Shown here in pieces: positions 11,050 through 26,613 of a stretch of DNA of 64,000 nt. Origin of the DNA: Emiliania huxleyi CCMP1516 (taxonomy: Eukaryota); assembly GCF_000372725.1 (NCBI RefSeq), contig NW_005201113.1, positions 62,001-126,000 on the forward strand, in the 5' to 3' direction. Under the pieces are notes generated by a model. That model was not told where the DNA came from and made no database searches. It was given only the letters and a program-made list of their open reading frames with translations. Numbering within the stretch: position 1 is the first letter of the stretch; every line of letters starts with the position of its first letter. Made by a program: the position numbers and the translations under genes.

Positions 11050-13412
<2,363 letters not shown>

Positions 13413-14023
13413 CGTGCCTGGCCGACGTCACGAGCGGCACCGGGCTGTTTTGTAGGGCGATGCAAAAGGAGGCGGTCCGTATTCTTTGCCAGTCGCCATT
13501 CACAGACTTGGGCTTGTCATCGAGCACTCTCTCTGAGCGCTGGTCGATGAGAGGTTGAGGTTCACACTGTTGAGAGAGAGATTTTTAGCAATACCAAACA
13601 AACTGTTGTGTGTGTGTGTGGACCTCTGTGTCTATGCTCGCGCTCTTCACATCTCTCCTGCTGCAATGGCAATGCGCTGCGAGCGAGCGGGCCGAGGGAT
13701 TTTAAGGAGAGGAATGTGGTGCTAGCCGTCGCCCGCCCTTGGGCGTCTGCCTCTTTCTATCTCTCTTCGCAGTCCCTCGCCGATTCTCTGCAACCTTCAT
13801 GCCACCTCGCGGTCGTCCCACTCTCGTAGTTCTCTCTCGTGTCGCTTCTTCCTCTGGTCGCGGTCGCTCTCCTCTGCCTCATCCTGCGACGCCGCCGCCG
13901 CTAACACGTGGAAAGGAGAAGACCTTGCCGAAGTGTTGAAGGGAGGGCGGCTCGCCGACCATCAGGGGCCGCTCTCGTTCCTGTCGAGCCGCTCTCAGCT
14001 TCCCGGGGGCACGAGCGGCGGCT

Positions 14024-17000
14024 ATGGGTTGGTTCTCAAAGAAGGCCGCCAAGCCAGCCGAGGCGAACGCGCCAGCTACCGGCCGCGCCTCTTCCTCATC
14101 AAGGAAGAGCAAGTCGGACGCCGCCGCGCCGTCCGAGCCCGCTCCGGCCGAGCCATCGGCGGAGCCGCCCGCTGGGGCAGAGGCGGAGGCGGTGACGGAG
14201 GTGGAGGCCAGGCAGGAGGTCGAGGCGTACGAGCCGACGGCCGATGCGGCCAAGGCGGAAGGTGAGGCCCCCGCCGATCCGGCTGCCACGCCAGCGGCGG
14301 ACGAGGCGGATGCGGCTGTGGACGCCTCGCGGCGCTCCTCCAAGGAGGTGATCAGCGCGAGGAGTGAGGTCGCCGACGCGCCCGCGGACGAGGTGGTGGC
14401 GGAGGCTGCGGCGGACGGCGAGGCAGAGGCGGCCGGCGCGGCGGAGGAGGAGGTGGAGGCCGGGACTGGCCAGGCAGCGGAGGAGGAGCCGGCGGTGGAG
14501 GAGGGCGCGGCGGCGGAGCCGGAGGCGGCGTCGGCCGATGCGGCGGGGTCGGAGCTAGTCAAGGCACTGTACGCCTTCGAGGCAACCGAGGGGGACCACC
14601 TCGGCTTTGGCGAGGGCGACGTGCTCGTCATCTTGGACAAGGCGGACGACGGCTGGTGGCCCTAGAAGCGGAAGGAGAGACACATCTCTCCCCAGATCTC
14701 GGAACCTAGAAGCGGAGTGCAGATCCGATCTCCCCAGATCTCAGAGCCTAGAGGCGGAGGGCAGGCCCGTGAATCGTCCAACTCGCGCTCAGTTCTGCCG
14801 TCTTCACGCAGAGCACAACCCGCCCCCAAGATCAATGCATACAGTCGAGAACAGACAGACAGCGACGGCAGTCAGCAGGCTGCACTGGGCCCCGGGAAGG
14901 CGGACGCGAGGACGGCCTCTATGCGCGTGAGCTCGAGTGCTCACACCCTCGCACTGTTGTGCCGCAGGCTGGTGGACCGGCTCCAAGCAGAGCGAGCCAG
15001 GGCGCGTCGGGATCTTCCCTGGCTCGTACGTGGAGGGGCTCGGGCTGGCAGAGGCGGCGGTGGCGGCGGCGGGCGAGGCGGCGGGCGAGGCGGAGGGAGA
15101 GGCGGAGGGAGCGGCGGAGGAGGAGGGGGGGGAGGCGGCGGCGGCGCCCGGCCGCGACTCGAATATGTCGGACGCGTCGCAGGCATCGACGGCCTCGCAG
15201 GCAGCCGACGCCAGGGCGGCGATCTTTGCTCAGATACAGGCGGCGGAGGCGGAGGCGGCGGAGGCGCCGAGGCCGGCTCCCGCGGCGACGGGCGGCCCGG
15301 CGGCGCTGAAGAAGTGGCAGCAGCAGGAGCTGCCTAAGGGCGACGAGAAGCGAGTCCGGGCGGTCAAGTTGGAGCGGGTCAAGGCGGAGAGAGGGCAGCT
15401 CGCAGCTCGCCCCCTAGCTGTGGACAGCGTCTCTTCACACCTCCCGCTGTGAATAGGTGGAGGGCAGCTCGCAGCACGCCGAGGCCATGCGCAACCTAAA
15501 GGACATCAAGGCGCGCGCCTTCCCTAGAACAGCGCCGGAGCGACGCGCAGACTGTTTCTCCGTTCCGCTCCACCGCCGCGCCCTCGCGAGAGTCCCCAAG
15601 ATTCCCCGAGATTACCCGAGATTACCCGAGAGTGGGCCGACGAGCGGGAGGGCGAGGTCCGAGAGGACCCGCGCAGCGAGCGCGCCCCGCCGCGCGTCAA
15701 TCGCCTCGCCCGTGCCGCGTCCGGAGCCGGCGCAGAGAGCGGTGCCGCCGCACGGCCGCATTCTTGGCTTCCAGCCAGCGGTCGAGGCAGCGGTCGAGGG
15801 GAGACGCACACGCACACGCACTCAGCGGTGTGCACTGCTCTCGTGCCCCTCGTGGTTCACGCGGTGCTCTGAATCCGCGCCCGCGAGAGGACGGACTCCC
15901 ACGCCGCCCCACGAGCCACCCGCGCGGTGTCGCGACCAGCAGCCGTGCGGAGACTCGGCAGGAGACCGTCCGCAGCCCCCAGGATCGTCCTCGTCCGAGA
16001 TCGTCATCGGCCACCATGACCCTCCCCGCGCTGGAGGCTCTTGTGTGCACGGCACGGCCTCCCCGCCCTCCTGTCGTAGGCCAGCATTCCCAAGGAGAAG
16101 ACGAACTTCACCGCGCGAGACAAGGCGGCGCACCCGAGATCGCTCGAGATCGCCACGAGATTGCGCCGAGATCGCCCTCGAGATCACTCTACAAGGGCAC
16201 CTCCGCGACGCGTCCTCGACGCGTGTCCACAGGCGATGATGAAGCTTGAGAACAAGGCGATGGGCCGTTCTCCCGCGTCGACGCCCGGCAGCCTAGAAGC
16301 GGAACGCGGATTTGCCCGTTGACCAGACACACGCGCGGCAGGACGCGGACTCCACTGCGTTCTCACTGTACCCGTAGCCCCCGCACGCACGCAGTGGTCT
16401 GAGTACCCCTGCGCGTCGCACCGCAGGCCCGGCTCCTCCCCGGCGGGCTCCGAGGGGCGCGCGGACGCAGCTCGAGCATCACAAAAACGGAGCTCATGCA
16501 CCGCCGCGGACGGCCGACCTCTCCGTTTTAGGCGCGACTCCATCCCGCGCGCGTCAAACGTGCGCAAGGCGAAGGAGGGGCTCTTCGCGGCGGCGGAGAA
16601 GGAGCCCGAGAGCAAGCTGTCGCAGGCCGAGGAGGCGACGCACAAGCTCGCCGCAGAGAGCCAGCCACAGCACATCACCGCCGCCCCACACACCGCCGCC
16701 GCCCGGCCCGAGCCGCCGCCGACCCTCCGCAGCCCCGCCACGGCCACCCCCGGCGCCGCCTCCCCGACCCCAGCAGTACACCTCCCGACCCACGCACCCA
16801 CCGACGCGAGACGTCGACCAAGGTTCGTGCGCTCACCAGCGCGAGGAATGAACTGGTTGGTCGATGCGGTAGGCGAAGCGCAAGCTCGCCAACCTTGGGG
16901 TGGTCGACAAGAGGGCTGCGTACGGGGTCAAGTCTAAGAGCGGGTCGCAGCACGCAAAGGCCCCGTCTTCCCAGCTCGCTGCTGCCTGCCTCCCTCCCTC

Positions 17001-17324
17001 CCTCCNNNNNNNNNNNNNNNNNNNNNNNNNNNNNNNNNNNNNNNNNNNNNNNNNNNNNNNNNNNNNNNNNNNNNNNNNNNNNNNNNNNNNNNNNNNNNNN
17101 NNNNNCTCTCCCCCCCCCCTCTGATGGCCAGCGCGAGACAAGAGGGGGGAGTACTCAGTCCGCGCAATGAAGCGACAACTCATTGATTAGGCGATGGCCA
17201 ACCTGAGGCAAGAGGGCGGGGTCGACACGACCAAGGGATCGGTCGCGAAGAGCGAGCTCGTCGGCAAGGTCTACCCCCCCCTTCGCCCCCACAACACACG
17301 CACGCACACACACACGCACGCACG

Positions 17325-17417
<93 letters not shown>

Positions 17418-17526
17418 CGCACCCGGCGCTTGCACTTCAAGGGGCTCCTGGCGTTGGACGCGACCGTTACCTCTTTGCCTCGCCGCAGGCGCCCGTCGGC
17501 AAGGCCCCGCCGCCAAGGACGATTGA
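14024..17526 (+). CDS. SH3-domain protein with myristoylation motif and Ala/Glu-rich regions, multi-exon (3' exons approximate)
   Basis: MGWFSKK start. The SH3 domain ALYAFEATEGDHLGFGEGDVLVILDKADD|GWWTG...GIFPGSYVE is split by a GC-AG intron at 14652-14967. Confidence 0.75.
17006..17105. other. Assembly gap (100 N)
   Basis: Run of N. Confidence 1.
17293..17414. repeat. (CA)n microsatellite
   Basis: Direct observation. Confidence 0.95.
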
Positions 17527-18760
17527 GGGGTCGCAGGCTTCGAAGGCTCGGGCGGTGTTTGAGGGCAGCTGAGCCGGCGGCACTGGTGCGGCACGGCGAT
17601 AGCTTGCCGCCGCGTCGTGACTGGCTACCGGGCAAGGGGCGTGCGGCGGCCGCTCACAGCGCGGCACGGCGGGAGCTCAACCTGTGCGCAGGGCTGCGCG
17701 CGGCGACGTCGCGGCCGCGCGTGTGGCCGAGCGACTTTATGGTTGGCCTGTGCTTGCCGCGGCGTCGGCCGAAAGGGAAGGGGGGGGGGGGGGGGGGCGT
17801 TGGAGGAGAGCGGTGAGGTACAACTGGCCGAAACTGTCGAGTAGGAGGCCCGGTGCTAGTAGCGTGCAATGTGGAGGGCTTTGAGATCGCAGAGAGAGGA
17901 GTCCCGCCTCGGGGTGCGAGGTCGAGAGAACGGTAGAGAGTGAGGGCCTGAGGCAGTCAGCGGCACTGGCAGGGTACGCCTGGGGTACGCGCTGGGGCGC
18001 GGGGCCGGGGGCGTCTCGGTGTATAAGGGGTGTATGGCGTGCCGCCACTTGTGCCGCCAACGCAGTAAGTTCTCAAACGGGGTTTGATTCTCTGAAAGAA
18101 GTCGTTTGCGTACTTACAAGCGTGAGAAAACACGCAAAGTTGGGAGCACTTGTGGAGTGCAGTCGGCACACGGCAGCCTCACACCCACAGGGCCGGGGAC
18201 AGCTAAGAAGCGCGCGCACCCAGAGCGGGGCCGGATCGGCGGATGGTCGGGATCGGGTTGCGGGCTAGAGAGCCCTAGCCCTGGATGTGCGCGTTCGCAG
18301 TCAGTGAAGGGGCCATAAAGAATGTACGTAATAGCTACATCGCAATATTGCGTAAAAGTGGAAACACAAGATGTCTCGGCCATGTTTTTGTGTTAAAATA
18401 GCTCTTGCGCTTCGGCGTGATTTGATCACCCGAATACCACGTTCGGATCGCTCCTCATCGCAAACCCTGTCAGCAGTTCACCCTCGGGTATGTTCGTAAG
18501 AGCCACAGACACTAAAAAAATCCAAGAGAGGAGTAGGAAGGCGGGAGAATCCCCAAAAGCGGCAATTTTTCGGTGCTGGTAGCCCCCCCAAAACAGGCGC
18601 GCGCAGCGCGCCCAGGGGCGCCGCAGGCGCCCCAAGCGGCGCGGAGCGCCGCCGCAGGCAGCGGACAGCAGGTTCGCGAAATCAAACGCCATTTTCCGGG
18701 TTCCGCGGTTTTGCCACTAACATTGAAATCCGGTACAAAACGACTTAGCCGAAACAGCTG

Positions 18761-19570
18761 ACGCCGCCCGGCGCCTTCTCGCCGCCCCAATAAGGGCCCT
18801 GATCGCGCTAACGGCGCCGAGCGTGTAGTGCAGCACACGCGCGACAAACGCCGTGACGGCGTCTGATGAGTCGGTGCCTCGAGCCCTAAATCCGAGTCGA
18901 AAAGTGTGAACGGCGTCTCTTTACACTCGACACCATGAACGCCATCCGGCGCCTTCTCGCCGCTCCAAAGGCGCTCCTCGCCGCGTTAACAGCGCCGAGC
19001 GTGTAGTGCAGCACACGAGCCAGACACCCCTTAAACGGCGACTGATGAGTCGGCGCCTCGAGCCCTATTCATAGCGAAAGGTGTGAATTTCGTCTCTCCA
19101 CACCTCGAAGCCGTTAAGTCATTTTTTCGCAGTCAAGCCGCTCTAGCGGCGCTGCGCGCCGCGTGGAGAGCGCGGCGCGTGCAGAGGAGCAAGTGCTGGA
19201 CAGGCACCACGAAGGCCTTCCCATGAGTCGGCGGCCCTGTTCATAGCAAAAAGTGTGAGAATCGTCTCTCCACACCTCGAGCCGTGAACGCCGTCCGGCG
19301 CCTTCTCACCGCCTCAAGGGCGCTCCGCGACATGCTACAGCGCCGAGCGTGCAGCGCAGCACACGCGCAGCACGCCCTCTGAACGGGGTCTGACAAATCG
19401 GCGCCTCGAGCCCTATCCGAGTCGAAAAGTGTGAGAACCGTCTCTTCACACCTCGAAGCCGTTAAGTCATTTTTTCGCCGCCAAGCCGCTCTAGCGGGGC
19501 GCTGCGCGCCGCAAAGAGAGCGCGGCGCGTACAGAGGAGCACGTGCTGCACACGCACCGCGAAGGCAGTC
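18761..19570 (+). repeat. Tandem satellite, ~175 bp monomers in two variants (A-A-B-A-B)
   Basis: A units start acgcc..cggcgccttctc at 18761, 18939 and 19288. B units start aagtcattttttcgc near 19115 and 19463. The four complete monomers end in a gtgtga...acac hairpin; the fifth is truncated. Confidence 0.85.
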
Positions 19571-22500
19571 GCGCCCGATTTCTTTATCTGGTTGTGTTCG
19601 TTGTTAGCAGATCAAGCAGATCAAGGCACAGAGCTCACACAAAAGATCGAGAGACCTCGAGAGAAGAAACCGCGAGCAATTAGGCGGTCTCGCACGCCCT
19701 TTGCTTTGAAAATGGTCCCGCACCCGTCGACGCAGCTCCCCCCGCGGAAGACCGCGCGTAGCGACGCCTTGACGATCGAGATGAGTGAACATCCCCGGTG
19801 AGGGGGGGGACGAAGAGCAACCCGCAACCATCAAGGCGCTCGGCTTTGCAGATGACCTCGTAATATTCCTGCGGGACGCCGACCAACTCGACGAATTCAA
19901 ACGCCTGCTGGCGATATACGAAGATGGATCGGGCGCGTTAAACTCTTGGGAAAAGACGTTCGGCATGAGAGTCGGCTCCCTACGTGGCTCTGACTACCTC
20001 CCGCAGGGTTGGGAAGAGGGGCGCGACATCAACACCACAAACTCGCTCATCCGCTACCTCGGAATCTTCCTTGGGACGCCGGAAGGGGTAGCTCGCAAGT
20101 GGGAAGAGACGGTCACAGCCAAAATGAGGAAGCGCTACGAGCGATGGCTGGCACGAGGGATACCACGGTCGCGACGCGGTCGGAATATCGTCATCCGAAA
20201 CCATGTACAAGCATGTGCCTGGTACCTGGTGCAGGCGCAGACACCACCAAACCTGCCCCAGATGTTGGATCAGTGGCAACAGTACGCATGGAGATTCTTT
20301 GAGGCCCCAGCTAACGCCGAGGGGTTACAACAAGCGCGTCGGCATGCGGTCAAGAGGGGGACACTCATTCAAGAGTATCCAGAGGGCGGGCAACGCTGCC
20401 AGGATGTGGAGGTCTTCACCCGCAGCTTATACCAAAGGCAGGTGGGCCGACTGATCGCGCCATCAACACACAAGGGCGTCAATCTCGTAATGACATACAT
20501 CCACGAGGGCTACGGCCACCTCCGCATGGGGAGGCGTATACTCCACTCACCGTGTGATTTCTTGCACCTCCCTACCGACACTCCAGACTACTGGAGGATT
20601 GCGCTAACCACCTTTGGAACGATCACGGGAATAGTGCCACACGATGGGGACGAAGCCGCGCAGAAGGAGCATACCCCCGAGGTGACGTACAATGAAGCGA
20701 GACGCGGAAAAGCGAACGGTGCGCGTCGGAGGGCAGTGGTCGATCGGCCGCGTACTAATGGAACCGCTCTTCTACAACCCACACTTGGCAGGATGGTGGG
20801 GAGCGGCGGCGATCGACGAGCCAGGATGGGAAAGGCAGGATAGGGAGAGACGGGCCAAACCTAAGCTGTGCCGATGGAGCAACGAGAGAGAGGGAGACGC
20901 ACGAGAGGTGTACGATCGATCCAAGCGTTTCGCAAACGTGGGGGTGACGCATATCGCACACATACTCGGCAGTGACGGCCTGCCTATGGACTGGTCGGCC
21001 TTCAGACGCTCCTGCCGACCCTCGACAGCGCCCTGCGATCGACCGGAGTACAACGCGCTCCTCGATAGCCTGCCCGAAGCGTGGCGAGCAACCCTCCGAG
21101 ACGCCGTTCACGGGCGACAACAACCAATTGACTGGGGAGAATGCATTCGATCCACCACTCTACCTCAACATGCATGGATGCTGGTGGACGACCCGACACT
21201 TAATAAGCGGTGGGTTACACGCGTGGAGGGCGAGTCGCCACTCTACGAGTGGATGGAAAGCGGCGTACTCAGACAGGTCACACAGGATGAACAGGGAACC
21301 CCGAATGTGGAGGAAGTGCGGGGACGGGGAGACGGCGGATGGTCGGAGGTCGAGGTATGGGAGGACGGCGGGCAATCGGCGGCAAGTGTTCGTAAGGAGG
21401 AGTGGGGGGTGGACTCGGCCCGAGCCCGAGCGGAGAAGGGGGCGCCGCGCAAACTAAAACGATTGGTGTGCGGAGGATCGGTCGTGTGCGCAAATCTCCT
21501 CCGACGCGACGCCACAGCCAGGGACGGCTGGGAAGTGACTGCAAACCCGGCTAGGTATGCGGTGCAATACGGCAAGACCACCCGCTCGAGAGCAGCGATC
21601 CCGGTTCACAAACTCGCAGTCAAACACCTCGCCTCACTTCGCCTCTCGAGGATATACCGGCCGATGCGCACGCTCGATACATCCCGCCCGGCAAGCAATG
21701 AAGACACTACCACACGCTTCTATGACCTACTCAAGCATACGGCCCGGGAGGGAGGAGAGATCGACGAGGACGAAAATAGAGTGGACCATCGAGCGTATTA
21801 TTGCGCGACGACCAAGCCAGCAAATATTAGGGAACTTTGAATACAAGGTGCGCTTTGAGAACGCTGGCCCGGGGGATGACCGGTGGCTCACAGAGGGAGA
21901 GGTCACAGGCCCACTTCTCGATCGTTTCAACGCCGCAGTCGACTCGGTGGAAATTGACGGCCCCCGTAGCAACAACGACGGCGATGGACAAGAAGACGAC
22001 GAGAGTGACAACGAGGAGAAGGGGACCGAGAGCGAACACGAGGGGAGCGAGGGGCAGATAGCACGATCGATCTTCGGATCAATCCACGACCGCAACCTAC
22101 CAAGGCCAACGTCGGACACCGCGTACTCCATCCTTGCGGACGCTCTGCCGCTCGGACCGCACAGGTGCCGCAAGCAGCGCCGGCGAGGCATCTCTGCGAC
22201 CTATGCTACCTGCTCCGGGGAGAGACTGTAATCGAGACCACTCGGCACCTAGCCCTCGAATGCCCTTACACAGGCTTGGTCCATGAGGCCGCCCTCCGCA
22301 CGGTTCTGGAAATCACAACGCTAGACGAGGCGGTGCGTGAAGAGACACGGCGTTCGCAATGGCAACAACTCGCACACGAACACCGCCGACTCTGCATAAC
22401 CGGGTTTCGGCTTACTACGAGCAGAGGACAGATGGCAGAGGGACGCATTGGGGCAACGCCGACACGCGTGATGATGCTGGAGACGCTGGCGGGCATCGTG

Positions 22501-22985
22501 CGGCGGCGGCACTACAACGCGAACCTTGCACACGACGCGACGCCGGACGCCCGAGTCGACTCCATCTTCAAGGACGCTAGGGCGGCACTTGTCCGCCAAT
22601 TTTACTACACGGCTAAGAGAGCACAGCAAACCGAGAGGGAAATACGCCTTCGCATACCCGGATGGCAACCCTCGCCCGGGGAAGGACCAGTAGCAGAGTG
22701 GGAAAGGGAATGGCTCGCGTCCGGCTTCTTTTCTGACGACGGCCAATGCGCGCTTCCGGAGAGGATTCAGCTTGCCCGCGACATCGCTGCAAATGATTGC
22801 ACAAGCAACACGATGGCACTACTCAGCGTCGAGCCTTGTGATAGGGGCGGTGCTTGCCGTGTTAAAGTGCGGCTGATGGTGGAGGCGTCAGGAGTTATAC
22901 TTCGACCCTGTCGACGGGACGGCACCACGCCCCCACAGCAGCAGCGACCACCCGACTGGACGGCGTACACTGATGGGTCGGAAGA

Positions 22986-24662
22986 GACAGCCATCTTTTT
23001 CCTTCGCGGCAACGCGATGGCGGCAAGGCCTCTTTGCGCGCCCGCCTCGTCACGCCGAAGACCAACCGACGTCGGACCGCGGTGAGACCGCGCCGCCCTC
23101 CACGCCCGCCCGCGCCCGCGCAGCGTGAACACATACGCGCGTCCCTCTCCGCACGGAAACATACGCGCCAGCCGCGCAGCAGCCTCACATGCAGCGCGCA
23201 TTGGCATGCCCGCGCCCTGGGCCGCCGACGACCCGGTCGGGCGGGCTGAGCGGCCGCCGCACACCATCAGGCAGGCGCGCGACCACCCACAGCACGCCGC
23301 AGCCCACCGCGCAGCCCTGCCAGCCAAGCCTGCGCCTCCCAGCTGCACAAACAGGCGCACAACAGAGTACAGCACACAGCGCACACCGGCGGCGCGCGCG
23401 CAGCACACGCAGACGCGCGCGCGACCGCAACACGCACACGTACACAGCACGCGCGCGTCGCACGCCAGCGCAGCGCCGCACACAGAGCACACTTGCCCAC
23501 ATCAGCAGCAGCCAGCCTGCCACAATCCTCATCTCACACACGCGCGCACACACTCCCCCCTACCGGCGCACGCATTGGGCGTCGCCGAGAGCTCCCAAAG
23601 CTGACTTGTGTGGCTGCTTGTGCTGCCTGCTCAGCACAAGCAGCCACACAACCCAAAAGCTCACTTGTATGGCTGCTTGTGCTGCCTGCTTGGCAGCACA
23701 AGCAGCCACACAACATCCCGCTTCATCTCGCCTCCTAGTCTCGCCTCATCTCGCCTCATCTCGCCTCATCTCGCCTCATCTCGCCTCACCTCGCTTCATC
23801 TCGCCTCACCTCGCTTCATCTCGCCTCACCTCGCCTCAACCCTCATCCCGCCACCCACCGCCTGCGCCTCACACCTCGCCTCATCTCGCCTCACCTCGCC
23901 TCATCTCGCCTCACCTCGCCTCATCTCGCCCCACCTCGCCTCACCTCGCCTCATCTCGCCTCACCTCGCCTCATCCCGCCTCATCTCGCCTCATCTCGCC
24001 TCATCTCGCCTCATCTCGCCCCCCACCTCGCCTCACACCTCTCGCCTCATCTCGCCTCATCCTCGCCCCATTTTTTTCTCTTCTTTTCTAGACCACTCCG
24101 AGACCGACCCGCCCAAGACCGACCCGAGACCCGAGATCGACCCGAGATCGACCCGAGATCGACCCGAGATCGACCCGAGATCGGCACAAGCGATCAACCC
24201 AAAAATGCCCCAGAGCCCCCTCCGGGGGGACCCCCCCTCACCCCGAGTGTCCGTGTCCTTCGCGAGTCACCGATGGGGAGCGGGGGGGGGTGCGAGATGC
24301 ACAGGGGAGGCTGGGGAGGGGGGGGTCCACTCTGAAGACTGCCGACCGCGGGGGGGTTTTGTCCCACAGGGTTTTACCCTCCGCGTGAGGATCGGCGCGG
24401 CGAGGGGGTAGGTTCGAATTCGCCGCGCAACATTTCACCCCCACAGGACCCCGCCCACCCCCCCTCATGGTCCCACCTAGTACCCCAATGAGCCTTCGCA
24501 CCCCCTCCTTGCGCAGTGTCCCCCACTATGTGTCGCCGTTATCGGGGCACGCTATCCTGTGTAGTCAGGGCAAGTGGGGGCGGGGGGCAGTCCCTCTGGT
24601 CCGATACTGGTGTGGTTCTGTCTCTAGTCTCGGAGGGGGGCTTGAAGCTAAGAATATTTTAT
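22986..24662. mobile_element. 1.68 kb non-coding insertion with a 16 bp target-site duplication
   Basis: ctgatgggtcggaaga at 22970-22985 and 24663-24678. Removal restores RNase H YTDGSEDGG. Confidence 0.85.
23720..24182. repeat. Minisatellites (atctcgcctc)n and (cgacccgagat)n
   Basis: 10-mer array at about 23720-24065 and 11-mer array at about 24100-24182. Confidence 0.9.
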
Positions 24663-26194
24663 CTGATGGGTCGGAAGACGGAGGCAGGGCAGGATGGGCG
24701 TACGCTGTAGTCATGGGCGGGGACGGCATACGCGACGTAAATGCCATGCTCGTGACCGAAGGCTACGGCCCCGTCGTGACTAGCCCCGTACACGCCGCTT
24801 TCGTGGGGGCGCGGAAACACACCAATAACACGGCAGAATTGTCAGCGCTTGCGGAGCTTTTTCGCTCACTACTCCACACGGCACCACAACCAGCAGGCTC
24901 ACGAGGGGTGGTCCGAACGGACAGCGAGTACGCGATGGCGTGTGCGACGGGGAGAATCTCGCCGGGGGAGAACGCACAACTAGCGAGCTATCTTCGAGCA
25001 GCGTGGCGGCATTTAGCGTCGAGGCACGAAGTGACATGGAGACACGTCAAGGGGCACAGTGGTCATAAGTGGAACGACTACGTCGATAAGAAAGCTGACC
25101 TCGGCAGGAGCGGCGCGAGGGATTGCGGCGCGCCGGAGTGGCAAGACGAGTCTGTCCCAACAGACGCAGACGACGGGGAGAGCAGCACCGTGGGCGACGA
25201 CGTGGGTATTAACGGAGGAGGTACAACCATCCCACTCGACGACATCGGTGATGGGGCCTCTAGCTACGCCGATGACCCACCCGACTCCCCCGAAAACGAA
25301 CCGCCGCCTAGCGCCCCGCCCTCGTCGCCTAAAGCCCCCATCGTGGAGCAGGGGGTGATATGGATTTCATACACGCCGAGCGCGCAGGCGCGACACATCG
25401 GAGACAACAAGGGGATCCGGCGTGAAAGAGCTATCGACATTGACGTTGACCCAGCCGATTCCACCGATGTCGACGTCATCACCTCCGCGGCTACCGCGCT
25501 TTCGCTCGACGACACCGTGGAAAATCGCACCGAGGACCTTGCCGAGGCGATAGGCCGAATCACTTTGGGCCCCGCCCCCGCCCCCACCCCTCGGGGTGGG
25601 GGCACCCGCCCCTGTCGGGCGCCGCTTGCGGCGCCTGGCAGGGGCACCCCCTGGGTGGGGGCCGGCGATTCCCATGCCGGCTCTCCGCCACAACCCCCGC
25701 CGGGAGGGAATCCCTGCTCACAGAAAAGGGCTTCGAGCCCTGTCTCGCGCACGCCCCTGGCGGGCGCCGCGGACCAGTTCCGCGAGCGCTCGTCAGCGGG
25801 TGGTGTGCGGTTCTTGCCGTAGTTCCTCTTCGGTCGCCTAGCCCCGGCGCCGTCTGGCGGACGCCTGCGTGTCACGAGTGCGAGCCGCTCGCGGTTCGTA
25901 CGCCCGCTTGCGGGTTCGAGTGGCGGGCTATCCCGCTTGCGGGATGGCTTAGCGGGTTCGAGCCGTCACACATTGGCTGCCGGGGTGTGCCGAGGGGGGG
26001 CTGGGTGGGCGGTAAGCCGTCATTGCCCGGCGCTGCTTGCAGCGCTCTGGGTGGTAGTGGCGGCGCTCCAAGAGTGGTGCTCTTGGGAAGAGGTTCCTCC
26101 TTTCCGCTCCCCCCCCGCAAGGCGCGAGACACACACGATGAGCGCGCTCCAAGCTCGCCCACCTACTGCCCCTGAGAGTTGGTTACGAGTGGGA

Positions 26195-26508
<314 letters not shown>

Positions 26509-26613
26509 CACACGAGCTCACAAAGGATTTCGAGACCTCGAGAGAAGATGCCGCTCGAGCAAATTAGGCGGCCTCGCACGCCCTTTGCTTTGCTCACCAC
26601 CCCATTTACCCTT

